From a virus: 64,000 bases of DNA. Where the stretch lies: positions 14,500 to 78,499 of the IMG/VR virus record IMGVR_UViG_3300025732_000030. The stretch is one strand, 5' to 3'. The notes beneath the pieces were generated by a model. The model did no database searches. It had not been told where the DNA came from and was given only the letters and a program-made list of their open reading frames with translations. A program made the translations under genes and the position numbers. Below are positions 17,915 to 30,300 of the stretch, in pieces. The first letter of the stretch is position 1. Every line of letters begins with the position of its first letter.

Positions 17915-20900
17915 ATGCCTGGTATTGAAGATTTTAATGAAAAGTTAACAAAATTAGCAAATGCTAGTTCAAGTAGAATGCTTGAAAATGAAATGCGTTT
18001 GTATAATCCCAATGATCAAATAACTCCATATGCATATAATGCTGGAAAAACAAGTGGCTCTCATTTTAAAAGATATTACGCATATGGTCCTGAAACATTT
18101 GAAAGAATAGGTTTTTCACCATTTCAAAATAATGAAAAAAATTTTAATGAAGGTACTGGAACATATGCTGAATTTAAAAGATCTATTGTGCATGGTTTTG
18201 CACCATTATTTGCAAGAGGATTTGTATCTGGACCTAAGAGTTTGGGGAGAATGCTTAAAGGAGATTTTAGTGATGACCCAGAAGAAGCAGCAGCATATGC
18301 AGAAGCATCAGCAATTGCATCATCTACTAAAGGTGGTTTAACGGGATTTGGAAGTAATTTATTAGTAAACTTTGGTTATACTGCAGGAATTATAATGGAA
18401 GCAGTTGCTGAAGAAGCTTTAACATTAGGTTTAAGTAGTGAATATACTATCTTCAATGCAGGTAAAAATTTAGTAAGAGGTGTTAAATATGTTGGTCGTG
18501 CACCAAAGGTTGGTAAAGGAATATTAGCAACAGAAAGTATACTACAAAGAACTAATCAATTACAGTCAACACTTAAAAAATTAGATAATATAACTGATGC
18601 AAGAAACTATTGGAAATCTCTGAAGGTGGATAGATCAATGGGTAATGTAGCTGCAAAGTCAAAAAGTACAGGGAAATCTGTTTTAAATTTTTTTAATCCT
18701 ATTAGCAATACTACAGATGCAATAATTGATGTTGCTAAATCTTCTAAGAATTTTCAGGGTCTAGAAAAAATTTCTAATGCTGCATTCAAAACTGTTGGGG
18801 GTTTATATAGAGATATTAGAAATGTTAATATGGCTTTATCAGAGGGTAGGCTAGAAGCAGGCTTTGTTAGAAAAGATACTTTTGATCAACTATTTGATGA
18901 GTATAGAGAAACACATAATGGAGAAGATCCACCTGATGATCTTCAAGATGAAATGCGTCAAAAAGCAAAAGAAGCTTCAGAAGGAGCTTTGCTTGCAAAT
19001 ACTCTTTTAATTTTTGCTACAAACAAAATTGTTTTTGACAATGTTATGTCTCCTAAAAGAGGGATAGCAAGAGTATTCAGCAAAAAAATAGCTGATGTTA
19101 AAAAGAACATGGCCGGGAGAACAGTAAGAGAGTTTACTAAAAAGACACTTAAAACTGGTAAAGAAGTTCTTACACCTAAATTATCTGTAATTAAAAAAGG
19201 TTGGAAAGGTTGGAAAGGTACTGCTCAAGCTATAAAAAAACAAGGATTTCAAAAAACTGTATTAAAAACAATTGGCTATGCTAAGGCAAATATAATGGAG
19301 GGTATCCAAGAATCAATGCAAGATGTAATTGCTAAAACCTCAAAAGATTATTATACAGAATCTTTTTATTCTGAACCTGTTGCTTCTTATTATTATACTG
19401 AAGGTTTTTTAAATAAAAAAAACAAAGAAGACAAATCATTTTGGGATCACTTAGGAGAAGGATTTCAAGCACAAGTTTATGAAACTGATGCAAGAGGAGA
19501 ATTTGTTTTAAAGAAAGGAGAAAAACAATGGAGTGGAAAAGGTTTTGAAACATTTTTATCTGGTTTTGCAATGGGGACAATGGCAGGCCCAGTCAACAAA
19601 GCATTACCATTTATTCAATCTAAGATTGCTAAATATAAAAATAAAGCTCAATATGATGCTCTTAAAGCTAAGCTTGCATCATATAATGAATCAATGGCAA
19701 AACAAGTTAATGATACTTTTAAAAATGATCCATTAAATATGCTTAATGCAAGATTATATAATCTTGGTGTGCAATCTAAACTTGCTGATCAAATTGCTGA
19801 TCCGGATACAAAAGCAAAACAAGATGCAATTGAAGAAGCTACTGTAAAGCAAATATCTCAAATGATTGAACTGGGTGCAACAGACATTTGGTTGGATCAT
19901 TTAGAAAATATTAAAAATCTTACACAAGAAGAGTATGCAGAATATCAGGGGATTACAATGGAACAAGCTGATGGACATACAGAAAAGATAGATCATATCA
20001 TAAATAAAACACAAGACATTCTTAAAAATTATGATAAGGTAAATGAAATGTATCCCAATCCTGTAGACTTAAATGAATACAAGAAGGGTTCAGTAGAATA
20101 TCAAAAGGCCGCTTTATTTTCTAAAGCATGGGATGAGGCTGTAAGAAATGTAATTTTTTATAATGATAGTTATAAAAATACTCTTGATAGAATGCAAAAA
20201 GTTTATCGGGATATGGCATCAAACAAATTAATTGGTAAAGTAGATCCTTTAAGAGTACAAGCATTATTTAATGAAGATGATTTAACTGGAGAAATTGGAA
20301 TGCTTAAAACAGAAATTGAAGCTTTAGAAGGTTCTGAAGATCCAAATTCTAAAAAACAGTTAGTTGCAAGAAAAGATTCTTTAAAAGCTTTAGAAGAATT
20401 TAAAGAAAACTATAATAGTTTTATGGATCACTTCTATAAAACTGCTAGATCTCAAGAAGATGATGAAGTACAAGCTATAGAGTCTCAACTAAGTGACATT
20501 GAAACCCAATTAAAAGGTAAACCAAGAAGAGCTGAAAGAGTAAGATTAGAAAGAGAACAAAAAAGATTAAATACAAGACTATCTCAGTTTGAAAAAAATG
20601 AGGAGAGAACACTTGAGAGACAAGAACTAAAAGATAAAAAAAATAGAATCATTGATCTCAATAATCAGATTGATGAATTAACAAATACAAAAAATAATTT
20701 TTCAGTTCCAGCATATTATGATCAATTTACCACAGCCAGTCAATATCAAGAAAGAGAATCAGAAAGAATAGATAGAAAAATTGCTGATTTAGAGCAAGAA
20801 CGTGATTCAATAAATACTGAAGTAGAGTCCACTATGGATTTTACTAATGAAAAAATGTTAGCTAATCTTGAAGGTTCATTTAAAAAGTATTTGAAAACTC

Positions 20901-23900
20901 TTGCTAATCAAAGCAATGAAACTTTATTAGATAGTAATATGGATCAAGCCTTTGAAATGCTTGTTGATTATTACAGATTAGGTAAAGAAGCTCAAGGTAC
21001 AGCAGAGGCCATTAATATTTTGAATGATCCTGCTGGTTTTGTGGAACATGTTGAAAATAATTTTGCTTGGATGTCAGATCTATGGAACAATAGAGAAGAC
21101 ATGATACTAAAAAATATAACAGAGCAAACAAAAAGAATTCAGTATAACAACTTGTTAAATATGTTAGCTGCTGAGGGCATCTATGTTGATTTAGAAGAGT
21201 TTGCAAACTGGAAAATGAATGGTGAACTACCTACTGAATTTTATGACTCAGTTAATAAAAGAGTTGTTCCAAAAGGAAGTATATTATATAATCAAGTTGC
21301 TCAAAAATTTATTGAGTTAGACTTTTTAAATAATATGGTGGAAAGTAAAAAATCACCAGAACAAAAACTTGCGGATAGTTTAAAAATGTTAAATTTATTA
21401 GAGCAAGAAGAACTTAATGAGCTTCAAAAATATAATGTAAAAAAAGAAATTGGTAAAATTGATGATAAAGAATTTACAATAGATACTGTTAAAAGTAAAT
21501 TAGGGATTGATCAATACCTAGATGCTACATATACAACAGAAGATGGAAAAACTGTAAATATTACTTTTTATAAAGATTCTGATGGAAACATTAAATATAC
21601 TGATGCTCAAGGATCAATAGTTGGTAATATATCTATTAAGCTTAGAGATGGAAAAATATTTGCTTATAGAGAAGAGCCAGATCCAGTTGAAGTTGAAGCC
21701 ATCAAAAAAAGATATGATCAACTTAGAGCAGAGGCTGCTGAAGGATCTATTGCAAGTACATCAAATGTAATCTTAGAAGGTGGTGTAGTTTCATTAGATG
21801 ATCTTAATGCAGATACTCCAATTGCTAATATGCCTGAAGAATTAAGAGAACAGCTTAAAGCAGCATTTGAAGATTATAGAGATGACCCAAAAAATGAATA
21901 TTTATTTCCAGAAAACCTTACTGAAGAAGAAATAGAATACAGATTTGTTAAATTTATAAAAAGTGAGTCAGAAGCATTAGAGCTTATTGAAAATTATATT
22001 AAAGAACAAAGGCTTAAAACTTCAACTTCTGAGGGAGAAGTTTCTGCTCCAATGATTACTTTATCAACTGGTAAAAAAATATCTGCAGAGAATGCTACTG
22101 ATAAACAAATTCAATCTGTATTACAACGCTATAATATGGAAATTAATGCTATAGAGAATAATAAAAATAAATCTATAGATGATGAAGTAAGGCTAAAAGA
22201 ATTAAAAGAAAAGTATTCACTTTTAGAATCTTATATTAAAAGTAGAATTAATAAAGCTCTTACTCCGGAAATGCAGAATGCTCTTGAGTTAATTAAACAA
22301 TTACAGAAAGAACAAGAAAGAATAGAAGCATTACCAACAGGATATAAGATTGGTATGAAGATTCTTAGAAGGGTAACAAATGTTATTCAAAAATTCTTGG
22401 GTAAAAAATATGAATATAAATCTAAACCAGAAATTGAAGCTGCCTATAATTTAACAATAGGGGAAGGTCAATCAGTTAAAGACTTTATTGATATTTTAAA
22501 AGCAAGTAAGCTTCCAGGATTCAATGAGAAATCTTATGAAGCTATAGAGGCATTCATGAATGAATATAGTGATACTGATTTAAAAGGTATTGATCCTGCA
22601 TTATTAGCTGCAAGACGTGGAGATAGAAAAGCTCAGGAAGAATTTGAAAAGTATGGATTAGAGTGGGAACAAACAACCACTTATAGATTTGTAGGGCAAT
22701 CAGAAGTAGATGTGCTATTATCTGGAAAAAATGTAGATAGCAAAAGGGGAATGGCAGATGCTGGTATTGATGTAACCACATCCCCAAAAGTTACAAGTGC
22801 TGCTACCAATGAATATAGAGTTACGTTCAAAGAGAGTTTTGATGTGAATAATGGTTTAGGTAAAGTAAGGGAAAAAAATAAAGAATTAGGAGATCATCAT
22901 CTTGAAAAAGGTAGGGGTTATTCTTTAAATGATGTTGTTAAAATAGAAAGACTAGATGAAAATGGAAATGTTATAGAAACTATATACAGCCCTAATATAG
23001 ATAGTTTAAAAGAAGCAACAATTAACTTTATCACAGAACAAGCAACATATCAATGGGGTAGAGATAGAGGTAATGTAATAGATAGACTAACTAAAAAATA
23101 TTTTAGTGGTGAAAAAGTTCAACCAGATCTTAATGAAATTTCACAAGAAGCATTTGATAGTTTGTTTGGAAGAAATGGTATTTATAAAACTATAAAAGAT
23201 TATATAGATACAAATGATTTAATTGTTGTAGCAAATGGTCTTATAGTATATGATGAGGAAGCAAATGTAGCTGGGGAAATAGATTTACTTCTTGTTGATA
23301 GAAAAGGTAATTTTCAGATTATAGATATTAAAACTGGTGAAACAGCCAAGTGGAATGGGTATAATAATCCTAAAAGTGATAACTATGAAAAACAAATTGA
23401 GAATACTTATCAGCAAATGGTATATGCTAGACTATTGAAAAATATGTTTGGTATAGATGCTAAGATAAATATACTACCTATTGAAACTACTGTAGATCCT
23501 ACAACAAGTAAAATACTTACTGCAAAAAGACCAGGCTCTCCACTGCTATTGAAGGCAGATAAAATTTTATTTCCATTAGAGCCAACCCAAGAAATGTATG
23601 ATAAACTTGATGCTGAAATACCTGTAACAGAACCTAAATTTAAAGGAACAGTTCCATCTAGTAATGTTGAAGATATACTTGATGATCCTAATCTTAATGA
23701 TGTTGAAAATTCAGACTATGAAAATGAAAATCCAGAGGAAGAAGATGATGATGATCAATTAAACAGTGTTAAAGAATATAATAAATTAAAATCTAAAATT
23801 GAAAAAGCAGACTATGATCAGTTGCAACTTCTTAAAGTAGATCTTGCAATGAACATTGTAAAATTTTCCCCTGCACAGTTTACAGAATTAAATAAATTAA

Positions 23901-24343
23901 TTGAAGAAAAAGAAGCAGCTTTAAAAGTACAGGATGAAACTGAAGATGGAGAAGTAATTATTTACAATATAGGTGATCAAGTTTACTCAGAAAATGATAT
24001 CTTTACAAATACGGGTAGGAAATTTTTGAGTGCTAATCAAACAGCAGTTATATCAGAGATTTCTGGAGATAAAATTACTATTAAACCAGAAGGTAAAAGA
24101 ACTAAAATGGAAATGAGTATAGAAGAATTTAAAAAGAAATTTAAACCTGCAAGCACATTGTTTAGTGGAGAAGAAACAGATGGTCCTGTAGTTGACGAGA
24201 GTGAAGGAGTTACTCAAGAATCTACAGATACTGTTTCAGATTTATTGGATGGTCAAGATGCTGCTTCTAGACAAAAAGCTTTAGAAGATCAAGCTATAGT
24301 GGAAAATACAAGAGATAATTTATTAGATGACTTAGATTGTTAA
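17915..24343 (+). CDS. Giant ejection protein 1: hydrophobic N-terminal segments, coiled coils, PD-(D/E)XK nuclease domain
   Basis: 2142 aa. AGEIDLLLVD...IIDIKTG...YQQMVY nuclease motifs (about 23270-23425). Gly/Ala hydrophobic helices near the N-terminus. SH3/KOW-like segment at about 23960-24130. Confidence 0.8.
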   Translation: MPGIEDFNEKLTKLANASSSRMLENEMRLYNPNDQITPYAYNAGKTSGSHFKRYYAYGPETFERIGFSPFQNNEKNFNEGTGTYAEFKRSIVHGFAPLFARGFVSGPKSLGRMLKGDFSDDPEEAAAYAEASAIASSTKGGLTGFGSNLLVNFGYTAGIIMEAVAEEALTLGLSSEYTIFNAGKNLVRGVKYVGRAPKVGKGILATESILQRTNQLQSTLKKLDNITDARNYWKSLKVDRSMGNVAAKSKSTGKSVLNFFNPISNTTDAIIDVAKSSKNFQGLEKISNAAFKTVGGLYRDIRNVNMALSEGRLEAGFVRKDTFDQLFDEYRETHNGEDPPDDLQDEMRQKAKEASEGALLANTLLIFATNKIVFDNVMSPKRGIARVFSKKIADVKKNMAGRTVREFTKKTLKTGKEVLTPKLSVIKKGWKGWKGTAQAIKKQGFQKTVLKTIGYAKANIMEGIQESMQDVIAKTSKDYYTESFYSEPVASYYYTEGFLNKKNKEDKSFWDHLGEGFQAQVYETDARGEFVLKKGEKQWSGKGFETFLSGFAMGTMAGPVNKALPFIQSKIAKYKNKAQYDALKAKLASYNESMAKQVNDTFKNDPLNMLNARLYNLGVQSKLADQIADPDTKAKQDAIEEATVKQISQMIELGATDIWLDHLENIKNLTQEEYAEYQGITMEQADGHTEKIDHIINKTQDILKNYDKVNEMYPNPVDLNEYKKGSVEYQKAALFSKAWDEAVRNVIFYNDSYKNTLDRMQKVYRDMASNKLIGKVDPLRVQALFNEDDLTGEIGMLKTEIEALEGSEDPNSKKQLVARKDSLKALEEFKENYNSFMDHFYKTARSQEDDEVQAIESQLSDIETQLKGKPRRAERVRLEREQKRLNTRLSQFEKNEERTLERQELKDKKNRIIDLNNQIDELTNTKNNFSVPAYYDQFTTASQYQERESERIDRKIADLEQERDSINTEVESTMDFTNEKMLANLEGSFKKYLKTLANQSNETLLDSNMDQAFEMLVDYYRLGKEAQGTAEAINILNDPAGFVEHVENNFAWMSDLWNNREDMILKNITEQTKRIQYNNLLNMLAAEGIYVDLEEFANWKMNGELPTEFYDSVNKRVVPKGSILYNQVAQKFIELDFLNNMVESKKSPEQKLADSLKMLNLLEQEELNELQKYNVKKEIGKIDDKEFTIDTVKSKLGIDQYLDATYTTEDGKTVNITFYKDSDGNIKYTDAQGSIVGNISIKLRDGKIFAYREEPDPVEVEAIKKRYDQLRAEAAEGSIASTSNVILEGGVVSLDDLNADTPIANMPEELREQLKAAFEDYRDDPKNEYLFPENLTEEEIEYRFVKFIKSESEALELIENYIKEQRLKTSTSEGEVSAPMITLSTGKKISAENATDKQIQSVLQRYNMEINAIENNKNKSIDDEVRLKELKEKYSLLESYIKSRINKALTPEMQNALELIKQLQKEQERIEALPTGYKIGMKILRRVTNVIQKFLGKKYEYKSKPEIEAAYNLTIGEGQSVKDFIDILKASKLPGFNEKSYEAIEAFMNEYSDTDLKGIDPALLAARRGDRKAQEEFEKYGLEWEQTTTYRFVGQSEVDVLLSGKNVDSKRGMADAGIDVTTSPKVTSAATNEYRVTFKESFDVNNGLGKVREKNKELGDHHLEKGRGYSLNDVVKIERLDENGNVIETIYSPNIDSLKEATINFITEQATYQWGRDRGNVIDRLTKKYFSGEKVQPDLNEISQEAFDSLFGRNGIYKTIKDYIDTNDLIVVANGLIVYDEEANVAGEIDLLLVDRKGNFQIIDIKTGETAKWNGYNNPKSDNYEKQIENTYQQMVYARLLKNMFGIDAKINILPIETTVDPTTSKILTAKRPGSPLLLKADKILFPLEPTQEMYDKLDAEIPVTEPKFKGTVPSSNVEDILDDPNLNDVENSDYENENPEEEDDDDQLNSVKEYNKLKSKIEKADYDQLQLLKVDLAMNIVKFSPAQFTELNKLIEEKEAALKVQDETEDGEVIIYNIGDQVYSENDIFTNTGRKFLSANQTAVISEISGDKITIKPEGKRTKMEMSIEEFKKKFKPASTLFSGEETDGPVVDESEGVTQESTDTVSDLLDGQDAASRQKALEDQAIVENTRDNLLDDLDC

Positions 24344-24347
24344 GAAG

Positions 24348-27300
24348 ATGAAAATAGTTTGTGCATTATCACCAAAACAAGTAGAGAACTTATATAAAGA
24401 TATATATAAAAACATGTTGAATTCATTAGAAGCTGATAAAGCTTTTAATGCTAATGACTACATGAAAACTTTATTTACACAAATTGCTGAGAAAAAAGAT
24501 GTTCCAACAGCAATGAAATTTTTACAGCAAGTGCCTAGCATTATGAGAGCTGTTGGTGTAAAATCACAGTTTGATAATTTAGATATTTCTTTAGACGCCC
24601 TTAAGCCATTGGTTACAGATTTTAAAAATGAAAAAGATGGTTTCAAGAATGTACTTAACTATTTCAAGCCAGAGATGTCTGACAAAGACAAACTGGAATT
24701 ACTTGTAGCAAATCAATTTATCTCAAGCTTACCTACTGAAATAGAAGATCCTAAAGAGATAAAAGATCCTTTTAGATTTAAACCATTTAGTTGGTTAAGT
24801 ACTACATTTCAACAATTAATACAACTTAACCCACTTAATAAATTAAAGTTATTAAGTGAAAAACCAGATGCTAATAAAAATAGGATTTACAACACTATAG
24901 ACAAAATACAAGCTGCTATTAGTGCTGAGCAAGCTTTAGTAACTGATGGTACATTAACGGTAGCTGGTAAAGTATTAAAACTAAAACCTGTTAGACTATT
25001 AGATCTTTATGATACAAACCAAGCAGATATTGATAACACTACTGCTCAAGATGTAATAAGAACTAAATCTATTAAAAATAGACCTGCGGGAGTTGAAACA
25101 CAAGATACAATTGCTTTAGTTTTATCAGATGAAGATGGTAATTATTACCACTTTACAGAGGACGGAAATTTTTCTACTGAAGAAGAAGGAGGAAAAATAG
25201 TTTATCAGTTTATGAGAAATGTAAACAAAGATAATACTACTGGAGAATATGTTGCAGTAAATCAATATGGGTATGATGATCAGATTCAAACACCAGAAAT
25301 GATTGCAGAAAAATTAGAAATTACTGTAGAAAAAGCTAAAGAACTTCAACAAGAAGAATTAAAAAACTTATACGAAATAAAACAAGCTGTTGTAAACAAT
25401 CAGCAAAATCCTCTTTTAAATGTGGTTGAATTAAGTGCGGGTGTTCCAGAAAGTTTAGCACAAAAGAAAATATCATTAAAAAATTTAAGATCTCTTCCAT
25501 TTGTAAATAATGCAACATTTAAAACAATAACACCAGTAATTGAAAAAGGATCAGATGTATCTGCAGTTATTACATTAAATGGTACTATATATCCGGTGGA
25601 TAAACCAGATTTATCTGAAGTTTTAATACAAAAAATAACATCAGTTCTTACAAATCCTAAACTATCTAATAAACAAAAGTATGACTTTGTAAATCAATTT
25701 CTTTCTGATAAAGCTTCAATGAAAGCAAGAAGACATACGTTACTTTATAATCCTGGAACAGATGCCCTCACTTTTCAATATACTGAAAAAACAAATGCTG
25801 ATGGAACTGGTGGAACATATACATTACTCAATGACCAATTAAATAATAAATATGATTTAGTATATGATGTTTTAAGATATGCAAAAGGTGATAGTAGAAA
25901 GGGTAAACCTTTTCCTGCTAAAATGACTTATAATATTGATGTCCTATCTAGAAATGGATATCAAGATTATAATATAGAAACAGGAGAAATTAGTGATGAG
26001 TATACACCTTATATTCCATTATTAGAAACACTAGATGCCGCAGATATTAAAATATCTGAAAGCACAGATCCTGGATTTTATAATACATATATTAGATTTA
26101 GTATTCCTTCAGATATTTCTATAGATGCAACTGAAGAGCCAAAAGTGAGATCACAATATGTAGGTAAATTTATTTACTCAACTCCGGGATCTGGAAAAAC
26201 TACTTTAGCAAATACAGATGAGAACATTATAGATACTGATGAGTTAATTGTAGAAGAAATGAATAAAAGGCATCCTGACTTTAAACAGGAAGCTAATGAA
26301 CCCATACAAGAGTTTATTTTAAGATATGTTATAAAATATGACCATAAAGCTGAAATAAACAAAATAGTTTTAAATCAAGTTAAAGAACTAACTGCTAGTG
26401 GTAAAACTGTTCTTACAGGTACAATGGCATTCATTAAAGATGTTGATGTTGTATTTAGAATGAATCCTACAAGCAGTAGAGCAATTGAAAGATTTGGTTC
26501 AGTTGAGAAAGCAAAAGATTTTGCTAAAAAAGAAAAAGATGAAGCTAATAAAGCAAAGAAAAAATCAATTGAAACAAAAGGAATAGAACAAAGTATAATG
26601 ACATCTTTTGTTTCTGAACCTGTTACGCAAACACCAAAAGAAGAAAGAGATAATATCATAGAACCTGAAAACACACCAAAACCAGAAGAAGGAGGTCTTG
26701 GTAGTTTGCTTGATGATGAAATGTACAGATCTGGTAAAAATTTAGATTTAGAAAATATTACTTCTGAAGATATAAAAAATGCTGAGACATGGTGGAATAA
26801 CTCACCACTGTCTAAGTTTATTGATTTCAAAACAATGGTTAACATTGTTAACTCTGATGTTTATGCAAAGTTTATTGCATATGGAGCTGTGTTAAATAAT
26901 AAATATGGTGAGATTCAAATTGGTCAAAGAACTAGTATAGTAGATGTATATCATGAAGCATGGCACGGATTTACTCAGTTATTCTTAACTCCAACTGAAA
27001 GAAAAGCTTTATATGATGAAGTTGCAAAACAAGAAGGAAGCTTTACACTATTAAATGAAACCACTGTTAAATTTAGTGACGCAACATATGGACAGCTTGA
27101 AGAATATCTTGCAGAAGAATTTAGAACTTATGCAAAAGAACAAGGTGTTAAAGCTAATTCACCTAAAAGAAATAGTATATTTAGAAAAATTCTAAACTTC
27201 TTAAAAAATCTATTTAAATCTAAAAATACTAAAGATAAACTCTTTAATGAGTTATACTTAGCTGGAAAAAATAAAAAGAATAGTCAAAAGTTCTTAAATA

Positions 27301-30300
27301 AATATTCTCCGCTTGTTAATACTTTCAGCTTTAAAGAACTTAACAGAGGTATAGAAAATGTAGTTGAACCTACAATTGATGCTTTAGATAAACAAGATAG
27401 TAATCTTGTATCAAAAAGTATTGACTCTTTCTTTTCATTAAGAGCAGATAAAAATTCTGAAGAGACAGGTACTAAAGAGGCAACTATAAGAATCTTTACA
27501 AATGAAAAAACAAAAGAAAAAGTATATGCTGAAGCTAAAGTAGATTTTCAAAATAAACTTGATACGGCTAAAGAAGAATTAGAAAAAATACAAGATGACC
27601 CCACTAAGGCATTAGAAATTGAAAAGCTTCAAAATAAAATAAGAATATTTGAAACTGCATTAAAAAATTGGGGTGATAAAAAGTCAGGAGTAATTGCTTA
27701 TCATAATGAGAATAGTGATTATAAAATCATCAACAAAAAGTTTAAAGAGATAAAAGATGAAGAGGAAGATGATACCACTACACAATCTCAAACTGCTAAT
27801 AGTAAAACAGTAGAAAATAGTTCGCAAGGTGAAACTTTGGGAATAAAAGATGATACTCAAACTAAATCTTTATTAGATTTAGCAAGTTCAGAAACTATTG
27901 TTTTATTATCTAGTTTACATAAAATAGAAAATGGCAAAACTGTGCTAAATGAATTAGGTTATCCAGAACTTGCAGATTTTGCAACTACTTGGAATAATAC
28001 TATCAGAGCTCTTAATGGAGAAAAAAATCCATCTAAAATGCTTGAAAATATTAGAACTTCTGCACAAACAATATATCCTGAATTTAAACAATTATTAAGA
28101 AAGCTTCCGGGATATACAATTGAAAATGGTAAGATTGTTATCAATGAAAAAAATAGATTTGAAGTAAAAACATTAAGTGCATTTTGGCAAGATTTTCAAA
28201 AAACAAGAGTAACTTATTTACAAACAACAATATTTGATAATAATATTGCTGAAGTTACTAAAGCTTCAATTGAAACAATGAGCTTAATGCGTAAGTTTCA
28301 AGCTAAGTTTAAAAGTGATCTTGAAAATAAATTCATTGGAAGATCAGCAGAAAATGTTGCATTCTTAAAAGTTGCAGAAGTTGTAGCAGAATTTGGTAAA
28401 GATGGAAAATTAGATTCTGATAGAGCTTATGAATTTGCAAGAGCAATAGGTTTATATTTAGATGATTTATCAATCATTAAAAATGAACTTAATCTAAATC
28501 AGAAAGCTAAGCAGATGTATGGTCTCATATATATCTATAGGGCAATGTATGATATAGATAATGCAATGAAGAATCCTAAAACAACTCAGAAAACAGTAAC
28601 TGAAATAAATGAGTTTTTATTAGATCCAATTGGTAAACTAACTTCTGGGTTTAGTGCAGGGACTATTGCTGAAAAAGAAGTAAGACAAAAAAATGCTATA
28701 GACAGAATTCTTGGTTTACAAGCTAAATATGGTTTTGATTCTGCAAACTTTGCAGTATTAAATGCAGAAAAAAATCTTGTATTTGAACATATAGATGATC
28801 ACACTATAAGTTATATAACTTATGCTCTGAATAAAATGGATAATTTATCAGAGGCATGGACACCAGGTAGTGAATTTGAATACATGAGTTATTTAAATCC
28901 ATTAATTAATTCATTTACAACAAGACTTGGTATTATTAATACACTATTTGATAAGAATGATACAGAAGATGGTGTATACAACTGGGCTAAAAGATCTGGA
29001 AAATCCTTACAATTATTTATCAATTCAGGCACTCAGGTAGAAGCAATTGATGATGGAACAAATACAACTTCATTAGATGCTAGAGGTAAGTTCTTACAAG
29101 AATTACACAGCATGCTTAAAGGAGGAATGATAGAATTTATGAGACATGCATCTAAGTCATCATCTTTTGGTGCTAGAATAGACGGAGAAGGTGGTATTCT
29201 AGGTGGTGTTGGTAAAGGCACAGATACAAGATTATGGGTTGATATAGACAAATTTGCAGTAGGTAATGCATATGAATATGTTGTAAAAAATCATATGATA
29301 CCATATATTGCTGGTGAGTTAGAAAGAATAAATAAATTTAAAGCTAACAAAGAATTATTTAAAACATATAAAGGATACAACAGAGTTCTTGCGGATGGCA
29401 CTATGGCCGGTGAAAACTTTACTGCATTTGATAATGTTTTAACTAAAGACACAAAAGCAAAAATCTTAGAGGCAGTAACAGATCCTAATATTAGATTTGA
29501 AGATTATATAAAAACTAATCCTAAATTATATAAGGAAATCTTAGAAGAAATTACTAAATATTTTACTGATCAGACTAAAGATTTGCAAAACTATTATAAT
29601 GAAGCTAAGTATTTAAGCCCAGATCTTTTAGATAAGCTTTCTGTATTTAATCTTGATCAAGAGAAAGTTGAAGAAGTTTTAATGTCTGCATATGCAGTAA
29701 ACTCTTGGGTACAAAACTTTGAAACTGCTACTTTATTCTATGGTGATATTGTACAATACAACCATGAAAAAGAAGAAATGCATAAGAGAAACTCAGGTGC
29801 AACTTCTGGTGGATTAAAGATAAGAACAGACCAATCAATAAGACGTTATCTAACTGAATTAAATGGTAAATTATCTTATGCACAAGCTGAAGGATTAGAA
29901 ACTTTAGCATATACAGGAACTTATAATTCTGCTATTATTCAAGATATTAAAAGAGAATCTGTTTATTCTCCAATAATTGAAAGAGAACTTAGAAAAGATT
30001 ATACTGAAAGACTTAAAGGAAAAGTTCCAGCTGATAAATTATCAGAGGAAGTAGAGATGCGTGTGGCTCAGGATCTTAAGCCTTATGCAAAAATGGAAGA
30101 AGCGGATGGTCAAGGTTGGATTACAATTGATGCATATAGAAATCTTAAAATGGCATCTGATCAATGGAGTGATTTACAGGAAGAGTTATTTAAAAAAATA
30201 ATAAATAAACAACCTGTTAAATATTCTGACATTATTGAATTCTTTCCTGTATATAAAGTTCAAAACTTTGGACATTTAGCTAATACGGCACTACCCGTAA

